From: Zygnema circumcarinatum SAG 698-1b
Lineage: Eukaryota; Plantae; Zygnematophyceae
DNA: 64,000 bases
Direction of reading: 5' to 3'
Assembly (NCBI GenBank): GCA_037447605.1
Contig: CM074805.1
Location: 2,947,361 to 3,011,360, forward strand
The notes below the pieces were generated by a model, which saw only the letters and a program-made list of their open reading frames with translations, was not told the origin of the DNA and searched no databases. Of the stretch, positions 25,024 through 36,303 are shown one piece after another. Positions within the stretch are counted from its first letter, which is position 1. Every line of letters begins with the position of its first letter. The translations under genes and the position numbers were made by a program.

Positions 25024-28000
25024 TCATGCAGTCTCCTTCAGCAGTGACCGAGCTATGACTACCCGGCGAATTTCGCTTGTACCAGCTCCAATCTCGTAGA
25101 GCTTTGCATCTCGCAGCAGTCGGCCTGTGGGATACTCGTTGATGTAACCGTTTCCTCCCAGGCATTGAATCGCCTGCACTCCCTCCAATCCAGCCATTTT
25201 TCAGTTTACATGGAAGACAGGGACGGACATAAGTGACATTCTGTCATGAAAAGAAAGAAAACAACCATTTCACATGGCACACGCCCTGCCACGTGACGGA
25301 CACTGACTTCGCCGTCTACTGAGACAACTTAAGCCTTCACCGAACACAAGGCACAGCTCAGAGACATCAAAATCGCAACTCACATTATCAGTTTCAAGAC
25401 TGCATTTCTTGAAACTGATACTGCAACTAAAACTCTTCTTTCATGCTCCATCTACCTGTAACTCTGAAGCTAATACCATGATATCAGATAATATTTACGT
25501 GATTAGTTACACACTGAAGGAATTGCAGATCACATCTAATAGAATGCAATGAAGTTGCTAAAAAGTACCTGCAGAGCCATCTGTGTAGCATTCTCTGCCG
25601 AGTACAAAATTGCTGCAGCGCAGTCCTGCAAGCCCAGAATGCCCAGTGTGTTCATTTAATGACGAGTGTCAGCAGGCAGTATGGTATGGCTGATCGACTA
25701 CAACTACTAGAAACAGAGTAAGCCTGTCTCAACAAAGTAGTAAAGGCCTCTAACTGCGCAATATGACAATCATCGCATACGGAGTCTCCAAATTCAAGCC
25801 GAACCGACGAAGTGATTAGCACCATGACATTATTTTCCTAAAACCTTAAGCACAAATTTCTATACAATACTGCTCCATACGTGAACACATATCCAGTTAC
25901 AGAAAATCTGATTACTGTTCTGCACCTAGTTCTGGCCTATCTAAGTGCTTCCATCAAGCTTGACGGCACAAAGGAAAGAGGAAGATTGTCCTTCTCACCT
26001 TACTGTCTACGTGCCCTGCGTCGCAGGCTCTCGCGACAGAGTACACGAAAGAACTGCGTTCAGCTCCAAAGGCCAATCAGGAAACAAACAAGTGAGAACA
26101 TTCATTGGCTGCAACAGTCAGAGTAAGCATCCAAACAATATACATGCATACACTGTTCAAATTGTGGAGACCATCAAAAGAAGTAACCTTCATAAAGAGC
26201 CTACCAGCTATTTTTCAAGCTGTGAAGTTGATACAGAAAAATTCTTTGACAAATCAACATTCAATAAGCATGTACTCTTGATCTGGAGTGTGGAGTATCC
26301 AGTGGACTTTCTGTAAAATTAAACACTTGTTCTTTGTCCATTGCCCCCCAAAAAAATCCCACAAAGGACTTGTTGGTGCATGAAAGGTACTAGCCAATAT
26401 TAGAGATAGACAAGAAACCTTGAATATAGAACACAAGGACACCTATTAGGTTGCCTGCGCCATGTGGAATATACATACATAGCACGGTAACTTTGCTCTT
26501 ACCGCGAAGTTTGCAAAGATGTATACATGTCCGCCAGCTTTCCCTGCACAATAAGGTTATGAAAATCATATAGCGAGAACCTAGAAGAGCCATTGGACAG
26601 CCGCATGAGGGAGATAGCCATCACAGGACTACTGGGATAATGCTATCCCATCAACTCTGATGGCGAAGGTTCCAGTCGCCGGATTCCCCCAAGTTGTGCG
26701 AAATGCAATCAATCAATCCATCAATCTTGTAAATCTTATGGATCTTTATCACTGAAAGTTGCAGAGGAGAAAACATTTCAATACATGGTTTAATCTCCTA
26801 TAGGCAGTGCAGAGAACACTAGACCAGAGGAACAAAGACTAGAATTCAGAAGTGATGGCTGTCCTTGTAACATTTGAAGCTGTGCGAGTAAGCATAAGGC
26901 ACGTGTGCCTCATTTAATGTTACAGTCACAACACGTACAAGTAGCGCGAGGTGAAGAAAAAAGAGAGAACAAAAAACGGAATCCAAGAGTACCTGCAAGA
27001 GTTGGAATTGACCGATTTTTTGACCGAACTGCTCTCTCTGGTTGACATAGGGAAGCACCACATCGAGACACGCCTGCATGATGCCAACGGGCCCTCCTGC
27101 GAGAACCAAGCGTTCCAAATCCAAGCCTGTCATCATCACGTACACACCTGCAGGACGAGAAACAGTGCTTTTAGACGATGGGGTGCTCGATAAGAACACC
27201 AAGTCCTCCATTTCGACTCCCCCTCATAAAACCCCACCATAGTGCTGCTTTGTTGAATTGTAGAGTGTTTCCGAGAACTATGCTGTCAACTGCAGGCGCA
27301 ATCAAATGTTAAATGCGTGGAGGCTTTTATACTGATCGTACCTTTACCCACTTCACCAAGGACATTCTCTTGTGGAACAAAACAATCCTGAAAGACCAGC
27401 TCACAACTGCACCCGTCATGCACATAACAGCCACAGTGAGGGAAAAATACCTGCAGCTCAACTTCCTGCAAAGCATCTGTGCTCCTCCCATTCATTTGTT
27501 TCAATGATTTATAGCTCGCCACAGCAGTTGGCATGAAATAACGATATTGCCTCCATGCTATCCCTTCATTTAATCATTCGATGACGAGAAAGCGTTGAGC
27601 ATTCAATTGTTAGAAAATTGCAAGCAACAAGCACTTCTGGTAAACATAAGTATCTCACGCCACAGAACTATTATTGATTGAAGGAGAGCAGGTTCAGCTC
27701 ACGTGTCACTGCCCCTCATGCCGAGCTTGTCCAGCTTCTGAGCGGTACTGAAGCCATTCATGCCACTTTCCACAATGAAAGCAGTAATTCCCTTTGACCC
27801 GGCCTTAGCGTCTGTTTTTGCATAAACTACCTGCAAGAATCTGCGCCTAAATGAGCTATCGCGCAAGCACCAAAATCAGTTCAAATCAAAGTCATTGGAA
27901 ATCCGCAAAGTAGAGAAGGCTCAGGGACAGCTTGTAATACCAGAGTGGATGCACAAGGCCCGTTAGTGCACCACATTTTGCTTCCGTTTAGCATATATCC

Positions 28001-31000
28001 ACCGTCCACTTTATCGGCTCGGCAGCGCATGCTGACAACATCGGACCCCGCTGTATACCATCCGGCCCGAAATACAGCCCAAGATCCCAAGGGTTGAAGG
28101 CACAAATGAAAAGGGGTGTCTTTGTACGGGAGAAAATTTGGAATGATCCCCTTCAGTAAGAGATAAGTTCTAATAGGAAGCACTTCCGCAATAGCAGTAA
28201 AGGAAGAACGCAACAGCACCAAAGACTTCCACACTAGCCTTTCTTGTAAAGTGGCTAAGGTGCCAACCCCATATTCTCTTGTTTTTTACTCTACTTGACT
28301 CCTTACAAACGTTGAAGGGACCTCTTCTAACATTTTGACTGCTAAATACAACTATCACTGTCACCCATCTCCCTTCTAGTGCGGAGAGAGCCCTATACAC
28401 CTTTTCAACATAGAGACTGTGCTCCTTATAAAATTACGCTGGCTTTCAAAGACGATTCCATAGCAGAAATACTTTCAGATCATCACAAACACTTCAAGCA
28501 TAGCATCTCTCCCTGCCACACAGAATCCGCACTAACCCACCCCAGTTCATCTCCTTTCTTGGCCTATTGATGTACATAGCTCACTGCCATACTACTGACT
28601 TTATGTTCGTTAGAAGCTCCAGAGGGCTTACAGTTTGCTTCACTCATTGAAAGCGCACCAATGTGCTCACCACTCACAAGCTGCGATTGCAATTCCACAG
28701 TGACACGCTCAACAACAATTTAGTACCCATTCATTACCTCAAATATCCCGCATGCCAATCACGTGAGGTGCCTAGGCTTGTGGTTTATACAAACCGCAGT
28801 TGTCTAGCAACTTTACAAACTTTATTGCACGTTTCGACCATTCATGCCCCATCATCACCAAAGGCTCAAACTACAGATCAGGGAACCTACTCCACAAATT
28901 CCAGGTTCCAGGCCACAGCCAACTATGAAAAGTTGGTACACCAGTTGAATCAGAATAAAATATTGTATCACAGGCTGCAGACAGGACCATCACGATTAAT
29001 GTTTGTGGATGTCTTGAAATTCATTACCAGATCAGCTCAGATCCTGCTCACAACGTAGGGCGTCAACAGTACTAAAGGGTTTAGGTGCAAGATAGACGCA
29101 AAGACTCTGTGTGGACTGCACCTTTGGGAGGTACTTCTCTTTCTGTGCTGTAGTGCCATGGCGTACCTGCACGTCCAAACATGCATGCTGGTGTCATGGA
29201 GCAGTGCTGCAAAGCCAGCAAAACCCCAAACCCCACAGTACATGCAGAAGTTTGAATGGCTCTCGGACATGAACCTCATACCAGCTGTGCATGAATCGCA
29301 TGGGCTAAGCGCTCAAGGATAAGAAGAAGCATGGACTAGACCAATTGTGAAGTAAAAACGACATATAAAGTCTATTATTCATGAGTACCCCAGGGATTTT
29401 TAGGGTTCCTTGTTGGTAAACTTAGAGAATTGATGGAGCAAACCAGTGGAAATGGGTTTGCAAAGGAAAAGACGCTAAGCCATCCCTAACCAGACAACTT
29501 TGCTTACTAGCTGGTTGATGCAGAGGTTAGAATGCGCGCCGTACGAGAGGGCGACTGACGCGGAGGCTCTGCTCAGCTCCTCCATAGCAATGCAGTGGAA
29601 GAGATAGCCAAGGCCCAAACCTCCATATTCCTCTGTCCTTCCACCATAGCGTCGAAACTGCCACTTTACGTTACATCTCACAAAATCAACTGAAAACAAC
29701 AGAAATTTTACATTCCAAATACGATGCAGGTTGAACCTTTTGCAGAAATCAACAGACTGTTTACCCATGTCATCTCCCCAAAACGGTTAATACATTGGTA
29801 CAATCAACAAACATAAGCTTGTGAACTTCTTCCATTTGAGGGGGCGTTTCTGACATACCAATCTAAGGTTTCACGAATGAGACTTGAACTTATGCAGCAA
29901 TTCCATGCCTACGACTATAAGTCCCAGATCATTATTGTATCGCACCAACCCTGCTTAGCCGAAACAGGTACAACCAGCGAAACTTCAATTGTTCTTCAAA
30001 CCGATCAGAATGAGAAGAAGCCTCTTGCCACAGCAAACTTAAGATATGAAACCATTTTGAAACCACCTAAGTGCCAAACTTCAACGAGGCAGAAAACTAA
30101 TCGTGGGTCCAGAGTTTATCCAAAACCTATAAGACTATTGGCAAATATGCCAACACATTTTGACTTGCCAGTCATCCATGAGTGACTTCACTCAAAAACC
30201 GTGGTTATCAAAACAGAATCTCAATAGCTGCCCACTAACCTGGCACGGTAATGCCATGAAGATTGAAGTCACCCATACGGCGCCATAGGTCAACCTCCTG
30301 CATTGGCATAGTGAATATTGACCAGGAAATCAATCACATGATTTTACTTCGCATATACATTGGCCAACACAGTCCAAACATTCTTTTGCAATTTATACAA
30401 TTTTGCACTGCTAGCTGGTTGTAGCATGATAAGTTTGTATACAAAACGAACAGATTTTAGTGAAATGTCAATCGAGAAAATGTGTTCGACCGCCCATAAT
30501 ACACATAAATGAAGCTATAAAAGTCCTCGTCAGCAATAACTGCCGTTCTTCAGATGCTTTCGTGCCATTCACACTCACCCGAGGGAACGAATTGGATTGG
30601 TCAATGGCAGCTGCATAAGGTGCAATCTCCACTTGTGCGAAGCGTTTGACACTTTCTTTAAACTGATCTCAATCACACAGATGAAAATGGAGGGACACGC
30701 CAGCACAGGAAAAAATGGTGAACAACGAGCTCTAAGCAAGGAAAACTCAACCTATCCACTCATTCCCTGATGAACCAGTCACTAGCGCACATGAAAAACG
30801 CTTTTCAGGTTTGACCGATGAACTACCGGTGGTTCCTTAAATTTGTCGATGGGATTTTTTTCTATCCTGACTGATGAAAGATTGAGCAGTGGTGAGTCTG
30901 CCCTTTTTTAATGCAGCGAATACCATATTGCTGCTTTGCGCAAAGACATTGAGATGTTGGTCTGGAAAAGGAAATACTCAGGCCTCATCCGCATGCCCAT

Positions 31001-31837
31001 CAAACTGAAAGGAATGTAACTTATGCCTGCAGAAACTATGTCACTTGAATATGACAACAGAAGACAAATGCGTACATTAGATTCACAGTCTATACCTGCA
31101 GTGCAGTCTCGTCCAACACTGAAGTGAATGAAGAAAGATTCCGCATGTTCTTCTTTCCATCGTTCGCATAAAGCATCTGTGACAAATCAAGTTGTGTCAA
31201 CAGGAACAATCCCTATGCGCAACATTTATGAAAAGCATGATACATGGATCATCAAACGCTACATTCTGGACCGTAATCTGCACAACAGCTCAAAAGGACC
31301 AAAGAAGCTCCGTATGTCCTTAGCTTCCTCGTCCCTGTGGCATATGATGCGTGTTTTCCCATTGGTGCATCACACCACGCAGGTGAAATTTGCGAGAATC
31401 AACTTTCAAATTGAGATGATTACACGCAGAACCCGCGGCTTTTACCAACAGAGGCATGAGTACAGCTGTAAATTGGAGATTCTTTTGCAATAGAACAGTT
31501 TGAGTTTGTTTGTGTTTGTTTGTTGTTTTGTATTTTTTGTTGGAGTTCAGTTAGGGGAAGAGAGCGCTATAGGTTTGCAGTTGAGACGAACAGGGAATGT
31601 ATATTGCTGAACACACCTCCACAATCTCATACGTTGCTCGAGGCAAACATATTAAGTCATAACCTTACACCGGACTCAGTACTGCAACGTAGGGCGTTTG
31701 AAACTCTTAGCTTCTACTCATTGACATTGCAAATGGAGCTGGAAGAACGTTCGAACTAGGAGTAGCACCTGCCAGGTAACAGCCACAGGACTCCGCCATG
31801 GTTGAATGCGGCTGCGCAGCCGTGCGAGCGTGGCCAT
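25024..31837 (-). CDS. IVD: Isovaleryl-CoA dehydrogenase, mitochondrial
   Basis: Exons encode [130 protein letters not shown]. The first exon ([14 protein letters not shown]...) is inferred as a transit peptide. Confidence 0.95.
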
Positions 31838-32058
31838 GGCGCCTGGATGGCGGCCAGGCCTCAGGGCGCAGGCAGGCAGGCTCCGAGGTGCGGCGGGCGC
31901 CAACTGGCCGCCCCCTTCTTCCTTCCCTGCGAGGTCCCGCCGCGGCCATGGCCGTCCAAGGCCGCTCCGCGTCACGGCCTGCCACGTCGGCGCAGGGACC
32001 CTGGGGAAGGCGGGGGCGGGGGCCGCTGCGATTGGAGGATTGGCTGCCAAAAATGACT

Positions 32059-32079
32059 GCCACGTGGCAGCCACGTGGC
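32059..32079. promoter_or_regulatory. Tandem perfect G-box/ABRE palindromes (GCCACGTGGC x2) in the IVD/SELENOU divergent promoter
   Basis: GCCACGTGGC at 32059-32068 and 32070-32079, between start codons at 31837 (-) and 32237 (+). Confidence 0.6.
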
Positions 32080-32236
32080 GTTGACTCTCATTTGGTCGAC
32101 GCCACGGTGGTCGACGACCGCGGTGATCGTCGTCCGTCCGTCCGTCCGTCCGTCGTGGAGCGGTCGACCGGGTGCAGTGCGCCTGGAGGGAGGAAGGGAA
32201 GAAGACGCTCCTTCCCTGCTGAAGGCTGAAGGCTTC

Positions 32237-34074
32237 ATGGCTGCGCGGAGGCCGGAGGACCGCATGGCGGTAGCCATGGCCCTTCGAAATGTGGAGGTGG
32301 AGCGTGTCGTGGGGCCAGAAGGCGCTCTGTTTGTGCCCATGGGGACCTTTTGGAAGGATCAGGTGATTTTTTTGGATATGGTGGAGTCAATACTTTAAGA
32401 CTTAATACTCAAATAACTGCACACACCCTCCTTTTACGCGCCCTTGTACAAAAATAAACCAAGAAATGACGGCGTTTTATTAGATGATGCTTTTTAATCT
32501 CTTCGTTTTGGTGTTTTTCTGTTTTGTCACCTTTAAATCTGTTTCTGCACACGGGCTGTCGCAATTTCTTGCTTAGGCTTACGAAATACAGGCGATACTG
32601 TAGCCTCGCCGAGTCCCTTCGTATGCTTGTGTTTCAAAGGCCGGTTCTGTCGAGGGTCCTACTCTAGACTTCTAGAGTTTGAGTCTGGCAGGTGTATGGA
32701 ACATTTGATGTGAAGCACAAGTGCCCCATTGAAATCTGGAACGTTAGTTGGCAACACACTGACTGACAGGCTTAACATCATATGTTTGGAAGCCGGCCTG
32801 CCTCACCTTTTCCCACTCACGTCGTCATCTTTTGTCTATGCACACTTGTTTCATTGAAGAGGCCTGCCGAGAATATGTAAGCCGTTGTTTCTTTTTTGGA
32901 TCTTCAGTGTTCTCGCTTTGTTTCTCCCATGCTGACTATACAGGCAGTTGCCTTGTTTTTATATGGATGAAAGGTGGTGGTTATACACCTTCTACGACGG
33001 TTTGGGTGACGTCTTTGCCGTGGAGGAGCAATGGATATCTCGCGGGCGATTCCATACCTCCTCCAAGCTGGTGTTCGTGTAGTGGGCATAGGTGCGCTTC
33101 TTGGGGGAAAACGCCATCGCTTTGTCTGTTTACAATGTGCTTCAATGGATAAGAGGAGCTTGTGAAGGTCTCCGTGAGGAACTGCTGCATATGTCCTTTC
33201 AGTCTTGTTCCTAAAAGTAATTCTAAAGCTTCTGAATTTACTGAGATTGCCTCTGATCGGGACTCTACGGTTGGTCCATCACCGTGCAAATGATGGAAAA
33301 GGGTTTTTGGTACTTGACATTGAGATGATCTTGTGCTTGCCCTATGCAGGTCTTGAGACTCTTGGTGTAGAGGATTTTGTCGAGGGTGGATTCTGGAAAG
33401 GGGAGCTGTATATCGACAACGACAAGAAGGCATATAACGCCCTGTTGTTGAAATCGGTCGGCATTTGGGGAGCCATCTCACAGCTTATGTTAAATCGAAA
33501 AGTGAAAGCTGCACTAGCGCGTACCAAAACTGTTTCTGGCAATTTGGCGGGGGATGGCCTGTAAGTCACTTTCGCTTTCTTGCGCGCAATGGAAAGGAGA
33601 AAGGAAATATCAAGCGGATGGAGAGGATGCAGGACATCCTAATGTGTCATTTTTCGTTGTACTATTCTTGATACTACATAATCCTATGCTTTGTAGATGC
33701 CGTTTCAGACTGCATGTCCAACAGCCGAGCTTACAAGATGCATCATAAAGAAACTAATGACCCATCCTCATTTTTCTGTCAACCAAGGTCAACATGAGTT
33801 TTCGGCTGAAGTTTCAAAAGTCCGTAGTGCCTCTCTCAAACACCCCCATGCTGTTCGGGTGCTGGGTGGTTGCAGCCAACTTGGAGCCACGTTTGTTATG
33901 GAGGCGGGAGGGGCGACATTGTTGGACTATCGTCAGCAGAACTTCGCTGACCATCCTTCGCCGGAGCTTCTCTTGGAGACTTGTGGACTGCCTTCAACCC
34001 TCCTCCGCGAATCAATTGCCCAAGCTGTCAATGAGACTGAATGCGACGAGGATGTCTGTCGTACCGATCCATAG
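32237..34074 (+). CDS. SELENOU: PRXL2B/SELENOU-family thioredoxin-fold protein, predicted selenoprotein (217 aa, Sec54, UxxC). Exons 32237-32362, 32974-33091, 33350-33560, 33876-34074
   Basis: Spliced product ...GTFWKDQ/VVVIHLLRRFG[TGA]RLCRGGAMDISRAIPYLLQAGVRVVGIG/LETLGVEDFVEGGFWKGELYIDNDKKAY...SGNLAGDGL/QLGATFVMEAGG...FADHP. Total 654 nt, consistent splice phases, one internal TGA at the first Cys of the family CxxC motif, and a SECIS downstream. Confidence 0.88.
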
Positions 34075-34214
34075 ATGTTTCCAATCGAGAATGTCCGCCG
34101 CGGTCCAAGGAAAAAAATCGCATGGGCAGTTCAATTCTACGTGCCTTCTCATTGTATAGCATATGGAGGATGATCAAACGAGTATCTGGGATTCCCTGCA
34201 CCGGCAGTGCTTGA

Positions 34215-34288
34215 CAACCTGCATCAAACATGATGTCCCTTTTGGAAAATGCGCAAGCAGAACAAAAGCGACTGAAGTAGTGTGGTTG
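34215..34288 (+). promoter_or_regulatory. Type II eukaryotic SECIS element in the 3' UTR
   Basis: ATGA at 34230-34233, AAAA 12 nt later, 3' TGAA at 34273-34276. Helix II GTCCCTTTTG/CAAAAGCGAC (9 of 10 pairs), mini-helix TGC-GCAA-GCA, helix I CAACC/GGTTG. Confidence 0.85.
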
Positions 34289-34624
34289 CTGAGAGCTATC
34301 ACGTAGCTGTTGCTTGTCAAGACTGCTCAACGTAGTATAAAGCGCCGGTGACGCAAATTCCAATCATTCGTATTATCTGGCAGCTGTGCTGTTGTTCATG
34401 TTCGTCTTGCAAAGTGGAATGAGCGATTGTGGTGTGTGTGCATGACTTTCTGTGCAAGATGGGAACACTATTGTTCTTTTTCTTTTTTTCCCTCTGCCCA
34501 AGGGAAAGCAGTTAAAAAGCTCGTAGTTGGATTTTGGGTTGGAGCGGTCGGTCTGCCTCTACGGTTGAACTGGCCTCGCCATCCTTCTTGCCGGGGACGC
34601 GCTTCTTCGTATATGCAGACATTA

Positions 34625-34921
34625 GGGGGAGTCAGACCTTGACCATCGCCAAATCAATTTCGTAAGGCTGTCGGGCGAATTAAGCATTGGCTACGTACGC
34701 ATTTCGGTACGGCTGGGCTCAGCGAAGCCGCGGATCCCGAGCCGGAATTCGTACACGAACGAAGTGACTTTTAGTATAAGGAATTCGGGAATTTCGTAAG
34801 CGATGGTCAAGGACTGACTCCCCCTGTACACAACCGTAGCGAAATGCGTACCTAGCCAATGCTTAATTCACCCGACAGGCTTACGAAATTGATTTGGCGA
34901 TGGTCAAGGTCTGACTCCCCC
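34625..34921. mobile_element. MITE with about 90-bp TIRs and TA flanks
   Basis: GGGGGAGTCAGACCTTGACCATCGCCAAATCAATTTCGTAAG... at the left end and its reverse complement at the right; TA at 34623-34624 and 34922-34923. Confidence 0.85.
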
Positions 34922-35360
34922 TATCATTTAGTCTGCGGGCTGGTTTCCAGATGTGTGCTGTCGACAGCGTTGGCAATCGCTCAGCGACTGTCAGATTGTC
35001 AATGACCAACTCCACTGGTCGGCCACAGAGAACTGCCGCTTCTGGTCAACACGCATCACCGCTTAGTTCTGACCGAACTGAAGTCTCATTTTAGGGCGGC
35101 TGCAAGGACAGCAATTCCTGGGATAACCATTTCCATTTCCCGCGGGAGCATATATCCGGATGACGACTGATGCAGCTGCCGCTACGGAAAAGCGTCCGAG
35201 CAAGACGCAGCGAAACTTAAAGCTTGAAGCCAGCGCAATGCATACAGCGAAATTCAGTCCAATAGAACATGCCAAACAATGGCAAAGAGGCGTGAACAAA
35301 CAAGCCGAGGGAATGTGCCTTGCAGTACAGCATGTGACATAGCTGGCTGCCACAGTGTCC

Positions 35361-35546
35361 TTAAGCACCACAAGCAACTCCAATCAGAATCACTGAATAA
35401 TTAAAAACCATTCCTTCTGGTTGGGGAGGTGCGCTCATGAGCACCGCCGGCGCCACAATCCCTCCAACAGATTGGAGATAGTCACGCGGTGCAAACACGT
35501 CATGTAAAGCGTCTGCTGCCAGCAATGGGCACACTGGCGATGACAA
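35361..35546 (-). CDS. Possible small membrane protein resembling DPM2
   Basis: LWLLSSPVCPLLAADALHDVFAPRDYLQSVGGIVAPAVLM loosely resembles the DPM2 pattern W...PF...H.YF.P.EYA followed by a hydrophobic helix. Gene structure not resolved. Confidence 0.3.
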   Translation of the reverse strand: MSSPVCPLLAADALHDVFAPRDYLQSVGGIVAPAVLMSAPPQPEGMVFNYSVILIGVACGA

Positions 35547-36303
35547 CAGCCACAGCTAAAGAAAAGGCTAAGTTCATTTTCGCCTCAAAAAAAAAGAGAG
35601 GGAAATCACTTAGTCTTCAAACAGCCTTGCCTTGCGCAGTCACCCAGGCTGGACATCGCATTATCCGTGCGTTAGATTTACGGACCAGATCCAGGTCAGC
35701 ATCACAGCCTCCTAAGGAAAAACTCGACACAGAAGAAGACAAATGACAGAACTCACACTGTCGGTGCACGGTGCAATTAGTACCTTCACCTCATGGCCCT
35801 TTGATCGCCAAATTTCAATAGTGTAAGAAAATTGCAGAAAAGTACATCTATCTGATTAACGAACGAGAGACCAGTGATCCACAGTTCCTCAGACTCCATC
35901 TGCCTTCCACCACTCCCAAGCTCAAAGCATACTAAGCAAAAAAACCGTCGCAAACTCGGACGTTTCCTTTTGGAACGTCTCGCAACTCTCGGACTCAGGA
36001 ATGCCGAGCCATATGGTCACCTTTTCTTAATGGGTCTACGACAAAGCTACCGGCAATATGGGAAAGGAATGAAGTACATTGCACAGCAATAAGAAGTTTG
36101 ATAAGGAAAAAAACGAGTTCTTAACCAAATACAAACAGCTCTTGCGACAACTCTTCGCCAACAAAATGCTCATCCAACAAATGCTCCTAGGTACAATATA
36201 TAGCCCCATTCCTGTGCTTGTGCCTGGTTCTATCTCGAATAAAATTGGAGAAAGCGAACTCAACTTATCTGCATGGATCAATAGGCAGTTCGCCGATTGT
36301 TTT

